Shown here piece after piece: positions 38,011 to 46,639 of a stretch of DNA of 64,000 nt (position 1 is the first letter of the stretch; each line of letters starts with the position of its first letter). A program made the translations under genes and the position numbers. The stretch covers positions 478,503-542,502 of the forward strand of contig CP064977.1 of the NCBI GenBank assembly GCA_016699465.1. Reading direction: 5' to 3'. This DNA is from Candidatus Campbellbacteria bacterium. GTDB lineage: Bacteria > Patescibacteriota > Minisyncoccia > Phycocordibacterales > EsbW-18. The notes under the pieces are model-generated. The model was given only the letters and a program-made list of their open reading frames with translations, was not told the origin of the DNA and did no database searches.

Positions 38011-38532
38011 CTAATAACACTGAACGACAAAACCGACGATTTCGTAGTTCGAATCACCATCCACATCGTCTGTGAGCCAACGTGTTTGTGGTCCAACATA
38101 GTTGCACTTCAGACCAGGAGGACTCTTGGAAAGAAATGCGACCAACGAATCTCGATACCTGCAACCCGCCACACCGTCATACCAAGTGCATTCCTCTTTC
38201 GGGAGATAGTTCGGAACTGCTTGGATTCCACGGTCCTCACACTGGAGTGTATTTCCTTCAATGTCTCGTGGCGGAACCCCATCACTCTCTATCCATTCAC
38301 TACCAAGATTGATGAAGTTGCACAGCAGCTTGGGATTCTGTCTGCTGAAGGCAACAAACGAGGAGAAGAAGTCCCCATCAGCTGTTGGAAAAAAGTACAG
38401 ACTGTTTCCGTAGCTGATTGGAGCCTTCTCCTGTCGTACCAAATGGTTTCTGTGAATACTCTTCCCTTGTAATCCAACAAGAAGCATTAGAGCCATAAGG
38501 ATACTGGCAGCTAGAGCTGTTTTTTTTAACAC
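38011..38532 (-). CDS. Secreted cysteine-rich protein of unknown function
   Basis: Signal peptide MLKKTALAASILMALMLLVGLQG plus at least 8 Cys. It lies inside a segment flanked by a 96 bp duplication of the ruvX 5' end. Confidence 0.45.
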   Translation of the reverse strand: MLKKTALAASILMALMLLVGLQGKSIHRNHLVRQEKAPISYGNSLYFFPTADGDFFSSFVAFSRQNPKLLCNFINLGSEWIESDGVPPRDIEGNTLQCEDRGIQAVPNYLPKEECTWYDGVAGCRYRDSLVAFLSKSPPGLKCNYVGPQTRWLTDDVDGDSNYEIVGFVVQCY

Positions 38533-38573
38533 GACCTATTCCCCCTTGAGGTTTATGAAACGATCCAAAAGAA

Positions 38574-38729
38574 CTATACAATAAAAAAATACTGTTGCAA
38601 GTTAACCACCGGACCAAAAACACACCGGCCAATGTTTTGCAAAACCTCCCGTGGAAACGCGAGCGTTTCACTGGTGTCCGACAGCGCGATACCTACGCGT
38701 TTTGTTCCATAATCAATACCAAGAATCAT
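38574..38729 (-). pseudogene. Duplicated 5' fragment of ruvX, a truncated 51-codon reading frame
   Basis: 38634-38729 matches 37814-37909 at 92 of 96 nt and encodes MILGIDYGTKRVGIALSDTSETLAFPREVLQN before diverging. Its ATG overlaps the stop of the upstream gene as ATGA. Confidence 0.6.
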
Positions 38730-39034
38730 GTACGTGGAGGTTCCTCAACAGGTATATGGAGTAGTGCAATGACTTCAGCGGCAACTTCTTCGTAGTCACC
38801 TTTTCGGGCGCGTTCACGAATATCTTCACGTTCGGGAGAGTCGAGGGCTTCACTTATACGCCCTAAGTAATTTTGTCCCCATTCGTAGACAGCATTTGAG
38901 TTTGATGCAGCTGCACCAAGCGAGCGTTGAATGATACACCGCCGAAGCATGTTGCGATGAACAAGCTCGAGACGTCTCTCGGGTAATTCTGGTGTCACTG
39001 GCACCTCTGATGCATGATGTTCAAAACCTTCCAT
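38726..39034 (-). CDS. Hypothetical protein, GC-rich
   Basis: 102 aa. Translationally coupled (ATGA) to the ruvX 5' fragment. No RBS. Confidence 0.4.
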   Translation of the reverse strand: MEGFEHHASEVPVTPELPERRLELVHRNMLRRCIIQRSLGAAASNSNAVYEWGQNYLGRISEALDSPEREDIRERARKGDYEEVAAEVIALLHIPVEEPPRT

Positions 39035-39040
39035 ATATAT

Positions 39041-39502
39041 TTAGAGTGAAAAAGACTTATACATACCTAACCCAACTCCTATCGAACCAAACTTTTGATC
39101 CTCTGAAACTTTCCAATGTTGAAGTTCTCCATCAACACTTACAAATACATCGTATCCAGGATATACCCCACCCACACACGAAGACGGCATTGTTTCCGTC
39201 CAAAAAGTGAGGCAGTCGTTCGGCCATACAATTTTTTCCGAGCTTACAAGCTGAACACTTCTAATATATGAACCTGGACCAATTCTTCCTTCGTTTTCAT
39301 TATCTTTACGAACGGTTTCTTGAATACCTTTCACAGCATCGGGTTCATTTTCAAAACCAGAAAAAAGTATTTCTCCTGGTTCGTTAGTATCCACAGAAGA
39401 AGAGATTTCTTCGTTTTTTACTAAACCACCCAACACATAATAACCAAAAACCCCAATGAGTATTCCAACAACCAAACCTATACTAAGAGACTTTGTATCC
39501 AT
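39041..39502 (-). CDS. Membrane-anchored hypothetical protein
   Basis: N-terminal TM segment (LSIGLVVGILIGVFGYYVLGG) and a 130 aa extracytoplasmic domain. Confidence 0.45.
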   Translation of the reverse strand: MDTKSLSIGLVVGILIGVFGYYVLGGLVKNEEISSSVDTNEPGEILFSGFENEPDAVKGIQETVRKDNENEGRIGPGSYIRSVQLVSSEKIVWPNDCLTFWTETMPSSCVGGVYPGYDVFVSVDGELQHWKVSEDQKFGSIGVGLGMYKSFSL

Positions 39503-39508
39503 ACAGTG

Positions 39509-39580
39509 TGCCCTCGGTAGGAATCGAACCTACATCAGCAGCTCCGCAAGCTGCCGTCCTATCCGTTGAACGACGAGAGC
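39509..39580 (-). tRNA. tRNA-Arg (GCG)
   Basis: Cloverleaf built by hand. Anticodon loop TTGCGGA. The GCG anticodon is uncommon in bacteria. Confidence 0.65.
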
Positions 39581-39722
39581 ATAAAAAGGGTTGTACGCGG
39601 GCGCGAGAATGAAGTCGTTGAGACGGAAATTCGAGCGGCCATGTTCCCCGACTGAGCTTTTATATGATACCCCATACGAAACTCAACAGGCACACTCTAG
39701 CAAACTTGCGTGTTCTGCGCCA

Positions 39723-40181
39723 CTAAAAACCAGCAAGTTCTACAATTCGATCAGAGAATGTTTCGTGCACCTCCTCTTCATCAAGGTAGTCCAACAAAAT
39801 ATCACGAACATCGTCTGCCGAGACATCGGCAAGAGGCACAATAATGTGCGGCATAAACATCTTTTGTGATTTAAGAAGAAGTCGATTTGGCAACACGCGT
39901 TCATCTACCCAAAAAGATTCCAAGGTACGATAGGGAAAAAGAGTATCATCAATACGCACTCCCCTTTCTTGAATTTCATACTGAATTATTTTTGGATGAC
40001 GTAGGGCATGAAGACCAAGTGCCACAGCACCAATACCAATCACAAGCCCGAACAAAAAATTTCCTAGAAACGTCGCAAGAATAACTCCAGCGATTGCAAT
40101 AATACCAAGCCCCCAAAACCAATCGGAGCTTCGTGCTTTGTGTTCGTATTCGTACGTCTCCCACGTAAGGTGTGTTTGCAT
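39723..40181 (-). CDS. Membrane protein of unknown function
   Basis: 152 aa with two TM helices near the N-terminus. Confidence 0.5.
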   Translation of the reverse strand: MQTHLTWETYEYEHKARSSDWFWGLGIIAIAGVILATFLGNFLFGLVIGIGAVALGLHALRHPKIIQYEIQERGVRIDDTLFPYRTLESFWVDERVLPNRLLLKSQKMFMPHIIVPLADVSADDVRDILLDYLDEEEVHETFSDRIVELAGF

Positions 40182-40361
40182 AGTAATAGAAGTTGGAAGT
40201 TAGTGGTGAAAGTTAGAGATTAGTTTGGAACTTGGTCAGGGGAAATACAAAAAGTGTACACATATACGATAGCACATTTACTCCTTGCTCAAAGTCCACT
40301 TTGTTAGTATCTTCTTGGTACCAGTGGAGCAAAAGACCCATTATTGCTACACTAGGTTTAC

Positions 40362-40447
40362 GGAGGAGTCGGATAGTGGTTTATTCCAGCGCACTTGAAA
40401 TGCGCCGTGCCCACAAGGCACCGTGAGTTCGAATCTCACCTCCTCCG
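40362..40447 (+). tRNA. tRNA-Ser (TGA)
   Basis: Cloverleaf built by hand. Anticodon loop CTTGAAA and a long variable arm. Confidence 0.85.
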
Positions 40448-40449
40448 CA

Positions 40450-40491
40450 ACGATTCACAAGAAGTGCCCTTCGGCACTTCTTGTGAATCGT
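40450..40491. repeat. Perfect 19 bp stem hairpin with a CTTC loop immediately 3' of tRNA-Ser
   Basis: ACGATTCACAAGAAGTGCC-cttc-GGCACTTCTTGTGAATCGT. No U tract follows. Confidence 0.7.
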
Positions 40492-40502
40492 CTACTAGGG
40501 CG

Positions 40503-40518
40503 AGGTGAGATTCGAACG
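40503..40518. repeat. Inverted copy of the tRNA-Ser T-arm/acceptor segment (GAGGTGAGATTCGAAC)
   Basis: It is the exact reverse complement of GTTCGAATCTCACCTC from the tRNA-Ser gene. Confidence 0.65.
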
Positions 40519-40617
40519 ACGGAGCGATATTTTGTCAGTAGACAAAATCGCGAGTCGGTGCCCAGACAAATTTTTTTGACGACAAAATTTAGTCGCGGGA
40601 GAAAAACGTACTCGTGG

Positions 40618-40633
40618 TCTCACCTCCTCCGCA
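40618..40633 (+). repeat. Direct 16 nt copy of the tRNA-Ser 3' end (TCTCACCTCCTCCGCA), a candidate att-site scar
   Basis: It is identical to the last 16 nt of tRNA-Ser, 171 bp downstream. An intrinsic terminator follows at 40648-40668. Confidence 0.65.
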
Positions 40634-40765
40634 CCTGATGCAAAAATGCCCCGCAAGGGGTATTTTTTGTGTCAGGAGGACGAGATTCGAAAGTCGGACC
40701 GAGCAAAGCGAGGGAGACGGGGTCGAGAACACTTAGGATTTTTGATTCCAATGGAAGCAAAAATA

Positions 40766-40802
40766 CTTAGTGATTCGTGACCGAATCTCACCCCTACCGC
40801 CA
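40766..40802 (+). repeat. Degenerate second copy of the tRNA-Ser 3' end with a conserved CTTAGTGATTC arm
   Basis: CTTAGTGATTCGTGACCGAATCTCACCCCTACCGCCA. A homologous unit follows tRNA-Val at 33746-33775 (CTTAGTGATTCATAACCGAATCCCCCAC). Confidence 0.5.
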
Positions 40803-40807
40803 AAATT

Positions 40808-41125
40808 ATGAAGTGGCTCATACCCATCAGTATCCTCGTATTGTTTGAACTCATTGCAGATGTTCTTGCAAAAAACTGGTCCCTACGAGGAGGTTGGCTA
40901 CTTGCCGGAGGAGCGCTAATCGCATATTTTCTTGCAAACACCTTTTGGCTTTTTGCCCTTCAGAACGGCGCCGGTCTTGCTCGGGGTGCCGTAATTTTTT
41001 CTGTAGCTTCTGCCATTCTTGCCGTCGCACTCGGACTTTTTGTATATCACGAACCACTTACGTACTACGAGATAGCCGGCGTCCTGCTTGGTCTCCTTGC
41101 CATAACCCTCATTTTTTGGAAATGA
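40808..41125 (+). CDS. Small 4-TM transporter of the DMT/SMR superfamily (EamA-like half)
   Basis: 105 aa with four hydrophobic helices. Confidence 0.55.
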   Translation: MKWLIPISILVLFELIADVLAKNWSLRGGWLLAGGALIAYFLANTFWLFALQNGAGLARGAVIFSVASAILAVALGLFVYHEPLTYYEIAGVLLGLLAITLIFWK

Positions 41126-41155
41126 GCTTATAATAAAAAGGCCTGAACACTTACC

Positions 41156-41731
41156 ATGCACGCTTTATTTTTTCAGTATCTTGAAACCTACCGCCTATTT
41201 GCGTACGCAGTTATTTTTATTGGTCTTCTTCTCGAGGGAGAAGTCACCCTCTTTCTTGCGGCGTTGTTGGTGCACCAAGGTTTTTTAAATTTATATGACA
41301 CCCTTGCTCTGACATTGCTTGGGGTTTTTCTCGGGGATCTTCTGTGGTTTACCTTGGGAGAGCACCTCTCGTTATATAAAAAAATCAGTGCATGGGTTGA
41401 AAGAGAGGCGGGACGATTTGATCACATCTTCCAAGCACACACATTCAAATCACTTTTGGTTACGCGTTTTTTGTACGGGCTCAGTCGACCAACACTCATT
41501 CGTATGGGCATGCTTCGCATCCCAATTAAAAAATTTCTTGAAGCAAATATAGTCACAACGCTCGTATGGTCCTCTCTTGTGTGGATTATTGCCTACGCAT
41601 TGAGCGCCTCTATCCTTTCAACACGACATTTCATACCACGCCTCGAAGCAGGTATTGCGCTCATCATTATTGCCATCATTGTTCTCAACAAACTCGCCCG
41701 ACGGTTTATTGAAAAAGGACTTCTTGAATAA
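41156..41731 (+). CDS. DedA-family (SNARE-associated / TVP38) membrane protein
   Basis: YAVIFIGLLLEGEVTLFLAALLV DedA signature. Confidence 0.8.
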   Translation: MHALFFQYLETYRLFAYAVIFIGLLLEGEVTLFLAALLVHQGFLNLYDTLALTLLGVFLGDLLWFTLGEHLSLYKKISAWVEREAGRFDHIFQAHTFKSLLVTRFLYGLSRPTLIRMGMLRIPIKKFLEANIVTTLVWSSLVWIIAYALSASILSTRHFIPRLEAGIALIIIAIIVLNKLARRFIEKGLLE

Positions 41732-41742
41732 GAAGCGACCGC

Positions 41743-42069
41743 TCATTTCTGAGCGGCCTTGCGCGCCTTCTGCTTGGCGAGCCACGTACGTGCCTGAGCC
41801 TTGGGGAGCTCGGATCCGGCGAACACCTTTCGCGGATTGAAAGGGGTTGGGAGACTGGTTCCACGCTGTCTCCAGACATCGAAGTGAAGATGGATGTTCT
41901 CTGCCGAACCCATGGCGGTCTCGAGAACCCCCCACACACAGCGGTAGAGGTTCCTTCTCTTCCCGTCCGAGCACTTCACTTCGTAACACAGATCCTCGTC
42001 GGCGGTCACCCTCCCGATCACTTCCGAAGTGTGTCCGGGCTTCGCTCTGATGTACCACACAGTACTCAT
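41743..42069 (-). CDS. Hypothetical basic protein, GC-rich micro-gene
   Basis: 108 aa. GAAAGGAGGAAGGAC precedes the ATG. Lys/Arg-rich C-terminus. Confidence 0.45.
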   Translation of the reverse strand: MSTVWYIRAKPGHTSEVIGRVTADEDLCYEVKCSDGKRRNLYRCVWGVLETAMGSAENIHLHFDVWRQRGTSLPTPFNPRKVFAGSELPKAQARTWLAKQKARKAAQK

Positions 42070-42152
42070 GTCCTTCCTCCTTTCACGATCGAATCTGGCG
42101 AGACAATACCACCGCACAAACAAAAACACCAGCGTGACGCTGGTGCCTTTTG

Positions 42153-42419
42153 TTATTTTGCTGTTTTTTTAAGAAGTTGCGCGAGACGTGACTTCTTTCG
42201 GGAAGCGGCATTTTTTTTGATAATACCGAGCTTTGCAGCCTTGTCGATAGCCTGGTAGGCATTCGCAAGTTTTGCTTGTGCATCCTTGGCACTACCTTTT
42301 CCTGTAAGATCTCGAATATCCTTAACCACTTCTTTCATTGCACGTGTGCGGCGCAAGTTAACCACACGTTTTCGTGCTGAACTGCGAAGTGCTTTTTTTG
42401 CTGCTTTAATTATTGGCAT
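42153..42419 (-). CDS. rpsT: 30S ribosomal protein S20
   Basis: MPIIKAAKKALRSSARKRVVNLRRTRAMK S20 N-terminus. Confidence 0.85.
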   Translation of the reverse strand: MPIIKAAKKALRSSARKRVVNLRRTRAMKEVVKDIRDLTGKGSAKDAQAKLANAYQAIDKAAKLGIIKKNAASRKKSRLAQLLKKTAK

Positions 42420-42476
42420 ATGTGAGGACAGAATAGCAGATTTTTTATGCACGTCAACGTGCGGTATACTGACACC

Positions 42477-43049
42477 ATGATTTCACAGCTCACAGGAACT
42501 ATCAGCTATACAGAACCTGGACTCATTATTCTACAGGTTGGCGGTGTCGGATACGCAGTAAATATAGCGAAAGATACGGGTGCAGGGCTCCATACAAGCG
42601 ATACACTCACCCTCTGGACACACTTAGCGGTCCGAGAAACGTCTATGGAACTTTTTGGATTCACCACCAAAGATGAACTTTCTCTTTTTGAAATGCTTTT
42701 AGCGGTTCCTGGAATTGGCCCTCGGTCAGCACTCGCTGTGCTTTCTCTTGCAAGTGCCGATACACTTAGAAAAGCAATCTCTGAAGAAAATATCACATAT
42801 CTTACGAAAGTCTCCGGGATTGGAAAGAAAACCGCAGAGCGCATTGTTATTACACTCAAAGATAAACTTGGAAGTAAGGGTGAACTTAGTGGAGAACTTA
42901 AAGAAGACGCTGATGTTGTTGAAGTACTTGTCTCACTTGGATATTCACAAACAGAGGCGCGAGATACCGTCAAAAAAATTGACCCAACAAAAAACGGCAC
43001 CAACGAACGCACCAAAGAAGCATTGAAAATTCTTGGATCCCGATTGTAG
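42477..43049 (+). CDS. ruvA: Holliday junction DNA helicase RuvA
   Basis: MISQLTGTI...VPGIGPRSALAVL HhH motifs and the C-terminal domain III. Confidence 0.9.
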   Translation: MISQLTGTISYTEPGLIILQVGGVGYAVNIAKDTGAGLHTSDTLTLWTHLAVRETSMELFGFTTKDELSLFEMLLAVPGIGPRSALAVLSLASADTLRKAISEENITYLTKVSGIGKKTAERIVITLKDKLGSKGELSGELKEDADVVEVLVSLGYSQTEARDTVKKIDPTKNGTNERTKEALKILGSRL

Positions 43050-43058
43050 ATACAATAA

Positions 43059-43086
43059 GGCCCGCGCGAAGTACTTCGCGCGGGCC
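43059..43086. terminator. GC-rich palindromic hairpin GGCCCGCGCGAAGTACTTCGCGCGGGCC
   Basis: A 13-14 bp perfect stem between convergent ruvA and the GC-rich ORF. A T-rich flank is present on the minus strand. Confidence 0.5.
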
Positions 43087-43092
43087 AAAATC

Positions 43093-43416
43093 TCAGGCCA
43101 GCCACTGCTTGTGGCGACGAGTGTGGAGTTCCCACTCCCTGTAAATTCCGGGGAGTTTTTCTTTCACCGTTGCAACGAACGCTCCCCGCAGAAAAATTCG
43201 CGGATAGCGCTCCACCACCTTTTTCCACAGACCGTTCGCGCCGTCGAGGGGGTCGAGAAACTGCGCTTCCGACGCGCCTGAAATCGCCCCTTCTTCAAGA
43301 GAGAGGACCACACTCCCCCAAATCTCTTGGAAAATTTTCATTCCCTCCTTTGCGATTGCCACTTCATCCGGCCCAACACGTTCGAGCCGGTCCAAACACT
43401 CTTTAGGTGTCAGCAC
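43093..43416 (-). CDS. Hypothetical protein, GC-rich micro-gene
   Basis: 107 aa with a GTG start. CAAAGGAGGAACATC precedes it, and a TTGACT-16-TACAAT promoter lies at 43458-43485 on the minus strand. Confidence 0.45.
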   Translation of the reverse strand: MLTPKECLDRLERVGPDEVAIAKEGMKIFQEIWGSVVLSLEEGAISGASEAQFLDPLDGANGLWKKVVERYPRIFLRGAFVATVKEKLPGIYREWELHTRRHKQWLA

Positions 43417-43528
43417 GATGTTCCTCCTTTGGCTTTACTGAGATTATTCTGAGAGAAATTGTACCAATAAAAAATAAGAAGTCAATATGACCGTTTTTCT
43501 TGGATTGTGCCTCTAAACGAAGGAGATA

Positions 43529-44401
43529 TTACCAGCTTCCAGATGAACCTCCCCCACCAGAACTTCCTCCACCAAATCCTCCGAAGCCCCCTCCACTACT
43601 CCCACCACTTCCAGAACCGCCAATCCACCACGGAATAGTAGAACCTGTTGCTTTATGTTGTGTGTATTTTTTTGATACAAGAAAATCAAACAGGAGACCG
43701 AACGGTACTAAGAGTACGAAGGCGATGAGACCTGCAAACATAAAACCAAAGAAAAGCCAGATAATGCTTGCGATAACCCCGCCGATGATTCCACCCGCCC
43801 ACCACGACTTTGAGCGCGCGAGAACACTCGCAATATACACAAGGATAAAATAAAAAAAGAAAGACAAATCAACTGAAAACCCACCATTTGTTTCAGGGGA
43901 AGCTTCAGGTAGTGCCTCTCCTCCGGAAAGTGCTCCTATAATTGCATCCACCGCACCGTTAATACCACCAGCATAGTCGCCGTTCTTGAATGCAGGCGTC
44001 ATCACGTCATTAATAATCCAAGAACTTTGCGCATCGGTAATGTCTCCCTCAAGCCCATACCCAACCTCAATCCGCATTTTTCGTTCTGTTGGTGCAACAA
44101 GAATAAGGAGTCCGTTGTCTTTTCCCTTCTTTCCGATTCCCCACTCAGCAAAAAGTTCTACAGCATAGTTTTCAATAGTATCTTCTCCAAGTGAGGAAAT
44201 GGTAACAACCGCAATTTCATTTGTTGTTGCTTTTTGGAATGCATCGAGTTTTGTTTCGAGTTCCGTCTTTTGATCCACGGTAAGAATCCCTGCAAAATCA
44301 TTTACAAATCCTGACGGAGCGCCTGGACTTGTATATGCATACGCACATATAGCGCTCGTTAGAAACAAGACACTAAAACAAAATGAGGCAAATCGACGCA
44401 T
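43529..44401 (-). CDS. TPM-domain protein (TLP18.3/Psb32/MOLO-1 family) with a Gly/Ser-rich C-terminal tail
   Basis: Signal peptide, the GFVNDFAGILTVDQKTELETKLDAFQKATTNEIAVVTI TPM motif, a TM region and a GS-rich tail. Confidence 0.7.
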   Translation of the reverse strand: MRRFASFCFSVLFLTSAICAYAYTSPGAPSGFVNDFAGILTVDQKTELETKLDAFQKATTNEIAVVTISSLGEDTIENYAVELFAEWGIGKKGKDNGLLILVAPTERKMRIEVGYGLEGDITDAQSSWIINDVMTPAFKNGDYAGGINGAVDAIIGALSGGEALPEASPETNGGFSVDLSFFFYFILVYIASVLARSKSWWAGGIIGGVIASIIWLFFGFMFAGLIAFVLLVPFGLLFDFLVSKKYTQHKATGSTIPWWIGGSGSGGSSGGGFGGFGGGSSGGGGSSGSW

Positions 44402-44404
44402 GGA

Positions 44405-44959
44405 TTAAAGTTGTACTTCTGGTGCTTGTGCCGCTGCATCTACCGACTCAAAGTACGCTCGTTCAGAAAATCCAAACAAGCCAGCAATGAAGTTTCCTGG
44501 AAAACGTTTTACACGGAGATTAAATTCTTTGAGAATATCGTTAAACCTCTTTCGCTCAACACTAATTCTATTTTCAGATCCCTCTAATTGAGACATGAGT
44601 GTTTGTACCGTATCTGCAGATTTAAGTTGTGGGTAGTTCTCCATAACAACAAGGAGGCGTCCGAGCGCGCCTTCAACCTGTGTTGCTGCGGCTGCTTTTT
44701 CATCAGGTGTTAGCGCACCAGAATACTTTGTACGCGCATCCGCAAGATCACCGAACACTTTTTGCTCTTGTGCCATAACCCCCTTCACTGAATTAACAAG
44801 GTTTGGAATAAGATCAAAACGACGTTGGTATTGTGTTTCAACTTGCGCCCATTGGCCATCCGCCTGCTCATTGAGTGTTACAAGTGAGTTGTATGTTGAC
44901 CACAAAAAACCGCCGAGAATAACGACAACCGCAAGAATAATAAGCCATGTTTTTTTCAT
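44405..44959 (-). CDS. LemA-family protein
   Basis: N-terminal TM segment plus the LemA signature LVTLNEQADGQWAQVETQYQRRFDLIPNLV. Confidence 0.8.
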   Translation of the reverse strand: MKKTWLIILAVVVILGGFLWSTYNSLVTLNEQADGQWAQVETQYQRRFDLIPNLVNSVKGVMAQEQKVFGDLADARTKYSGALTPDEKAAAATQVEGALGRLLVVMENYPQLKSADTVQTLMSQLEGSENRISVERKRFNDILKEFNLRVKRFPGNFIAGLFGFSERAYFESVDAAAQAPEVQL

Positions 44960-45054
44960 ATGTGTAGTACCTAAGAGGTTTGTAATACCTTGTAGTATAT
45001 CGCCGACACCTCACAAAATCAAAATAATGTTTTTTAACACAAATACGGTATGAT

Positions 45055-46374
45055 TTGGGTATGCTCAATACAATACTTCGTTTCATTAAGCAATTCATCC
45101 CTTCTCAGCTCTTCCAGAAGCTTCAACCTACGTACCACTACCTTCTCTCACTTGTAGGGGCTGTTATATATCGATTTCCTTCACGCCACATACACGTCGT
45201 GGGCATTACCGGCACGAAAGGTAAATCATCAACCGCAGAACTTGTAAACGCGGTTCTCGAAGCAAGCGGACACAAAACCGCCGTACTCGGCACCATTCGA
45301 TTTAAAATTGCCGACACCGAAACACGCAACCTCTACAAAATGACCATGCCCGGACGATTCTTTGTTCAAAAATTTCTCCGAGATGCCGTCAACGCACAGT
45401 GTGATTGGGCAATTATAGAAATGACCAGTGAGGGCGCAAAACAATTTCGCCAAAAGTGGATCGACATGGACGCTCTCATTTTTACCAATCTTGCACCAGA
45501 ACACCTTGAATCACACGGTTCATTTGAAAAATATAAAGACGCAAAACTTTCTATTGCGCGCCAACTTGCACGGTCACACAAAAAAAATACTGCGATTATC
45601 GCTAATGCAGACGACCTTGAGGGGCACCTCTTTTTGGAATGTGGTGCTGACCGCGCAATTCCGTTTCGACTTACTGACGCAAAACCATACACCCAAACAA
45701 CCAGCGGATACGAGTTTGGGTTCGAGGGCACGCGTATTCACCTTTCTATACCAGGACTTTTTAATGTATACAATGCACTCGCAGCTGCCGCATTTGCGCG
45801 TAGTCAAAACATTCTAGCTCGACACATCAAAGAAGGACTCGAGCACGTAACGCGCATTCCCGGACGTGCAGAATTTATTCGCGAAGGTCAAGCGTTTGAT
45901 GTTGTCGTCGATTACGCCCACACACCTGATTCACTCAAGAGTGTGTACGAAGCATTTTCTCTTGCACGAGTTATTGGCGTTCTTGGAAACACCGGTGGTG
46001 GACGTGATACATGGAAACGTCCCGAGATGGCACGTATAGCCGAACGTTCCTGTGAACATATCATTCTCACCAATGAAGATCCGTATGACGAGGATCCTGA
46101 AAAAATTCTTGAAGAAATGTCGGCAGGTATTCAAGACAAAACAAAACTCTCTATAATTCTTGATAGACGACAGGCGCTCCGCGAGGCACTCAACATGGCT
46201 CAAACAATGTCATCTGCAAACACCCGCCAACGCGTTGTTGTTCTTATTACCGGAAAAGGCACCGACCCATTTATTATGGGACCAAACGGAAGTAAGCAGG
46301 CTTGGGACGATGCCACAGTTGTCCGCGAAGAATTACAAAACTCACTAAACCAACCACCAAACTCCAACCCCTAA
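45055..46374 (+). CDS. Mur ligase family protein (MurE/MurF-like UDP-N-acetylmuramoyl-peptide ligase)
   Basis: VVGITGTKGKSST P-loop and Mur ligase middle and C-terminal domains. The C-terminal 11 codons are encoded by a low-complexity repeat inserted before a duplicated, displaced original 3' end. Confidence 0.75.
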   Translation: MGMLNTILRFIKQFIPSQLFQKLQPTYHYLLSLVGAVIYRFPSRHIHVVGITGTKGKSSTAELVNAVLEASGHKTAVLGTIRFKIADTETRNLYKMTMPGRFFVQKFLRDAVNAQCDWAIIEMTSEGAKQFRQKWIDMDALIFTNLAPEHLESHGSFEKYKDAKLSIARQLARSHKKNTAIIANADDLEGHLFLECGADRAIPFRLTDAKPYTQTTSGYEFGFEGTRIHLSIPGLFNVYNALAAAAFARSQNILARHIKEGLEHVTRIPGRAEFIREGQAFDVVVDYAHTPDSLKSVYEAFSLARVIGVLGNTGGGRDTWKRPEMARIAERSCEHIILTNEDPYDEDPEKILEEMSAGIQDKTKLSIILDRRQALREALNMAQTMSSANTRQRVVVLITGKGTDPFIMGPNGSKQAWDDATVVREELQNSLNQPPNSNP

Positions 46375-46639
46375 CCCTATTACTTTGGGATGATGCCACT
46401 ATTGTGAGAGAGGAACTGAAGAATATGCTGAAATAGGCATATTAAAAAATCCGAATATCGAAACCCGAAACAATATCAAATAGCCAAACCAAAACTAATC
46501 ACTAACTCCCAACTTCCAACCTCCAACCCTCCATTATTTATGAATCCCGTTAGAGATTCTTCGATTATGCGTTCCACTTCTTTTTTGGGTAAAAAGAGCT
46601 ACTATACATGTATTATTTCAATAGCAATGAAAACACGTT

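Noticed and set aside
39591-39869. 92 aa plus-strand ORF
   Set aside because: It overlaps tRNA-Arg(GCG) and the start of the 39723-40181 membrane protein gene. It has no RBS and no conservation cues.
40499-40640. Segment between the inverted and direct tRNA-Ser 3' copies considered as a second, intron-containing tRNA-Ser gene
   Set aside because: Only the T-arm/acceptor portion is present. No D-arm or anticodon arm can be folded, so it is treated as an att-like scar or structured spacer.
42506-43228. 240 aa minus-strand ORF
   Set aside because: It is antisense to ruvA and Ser-rich. ruvA has clear motif support.
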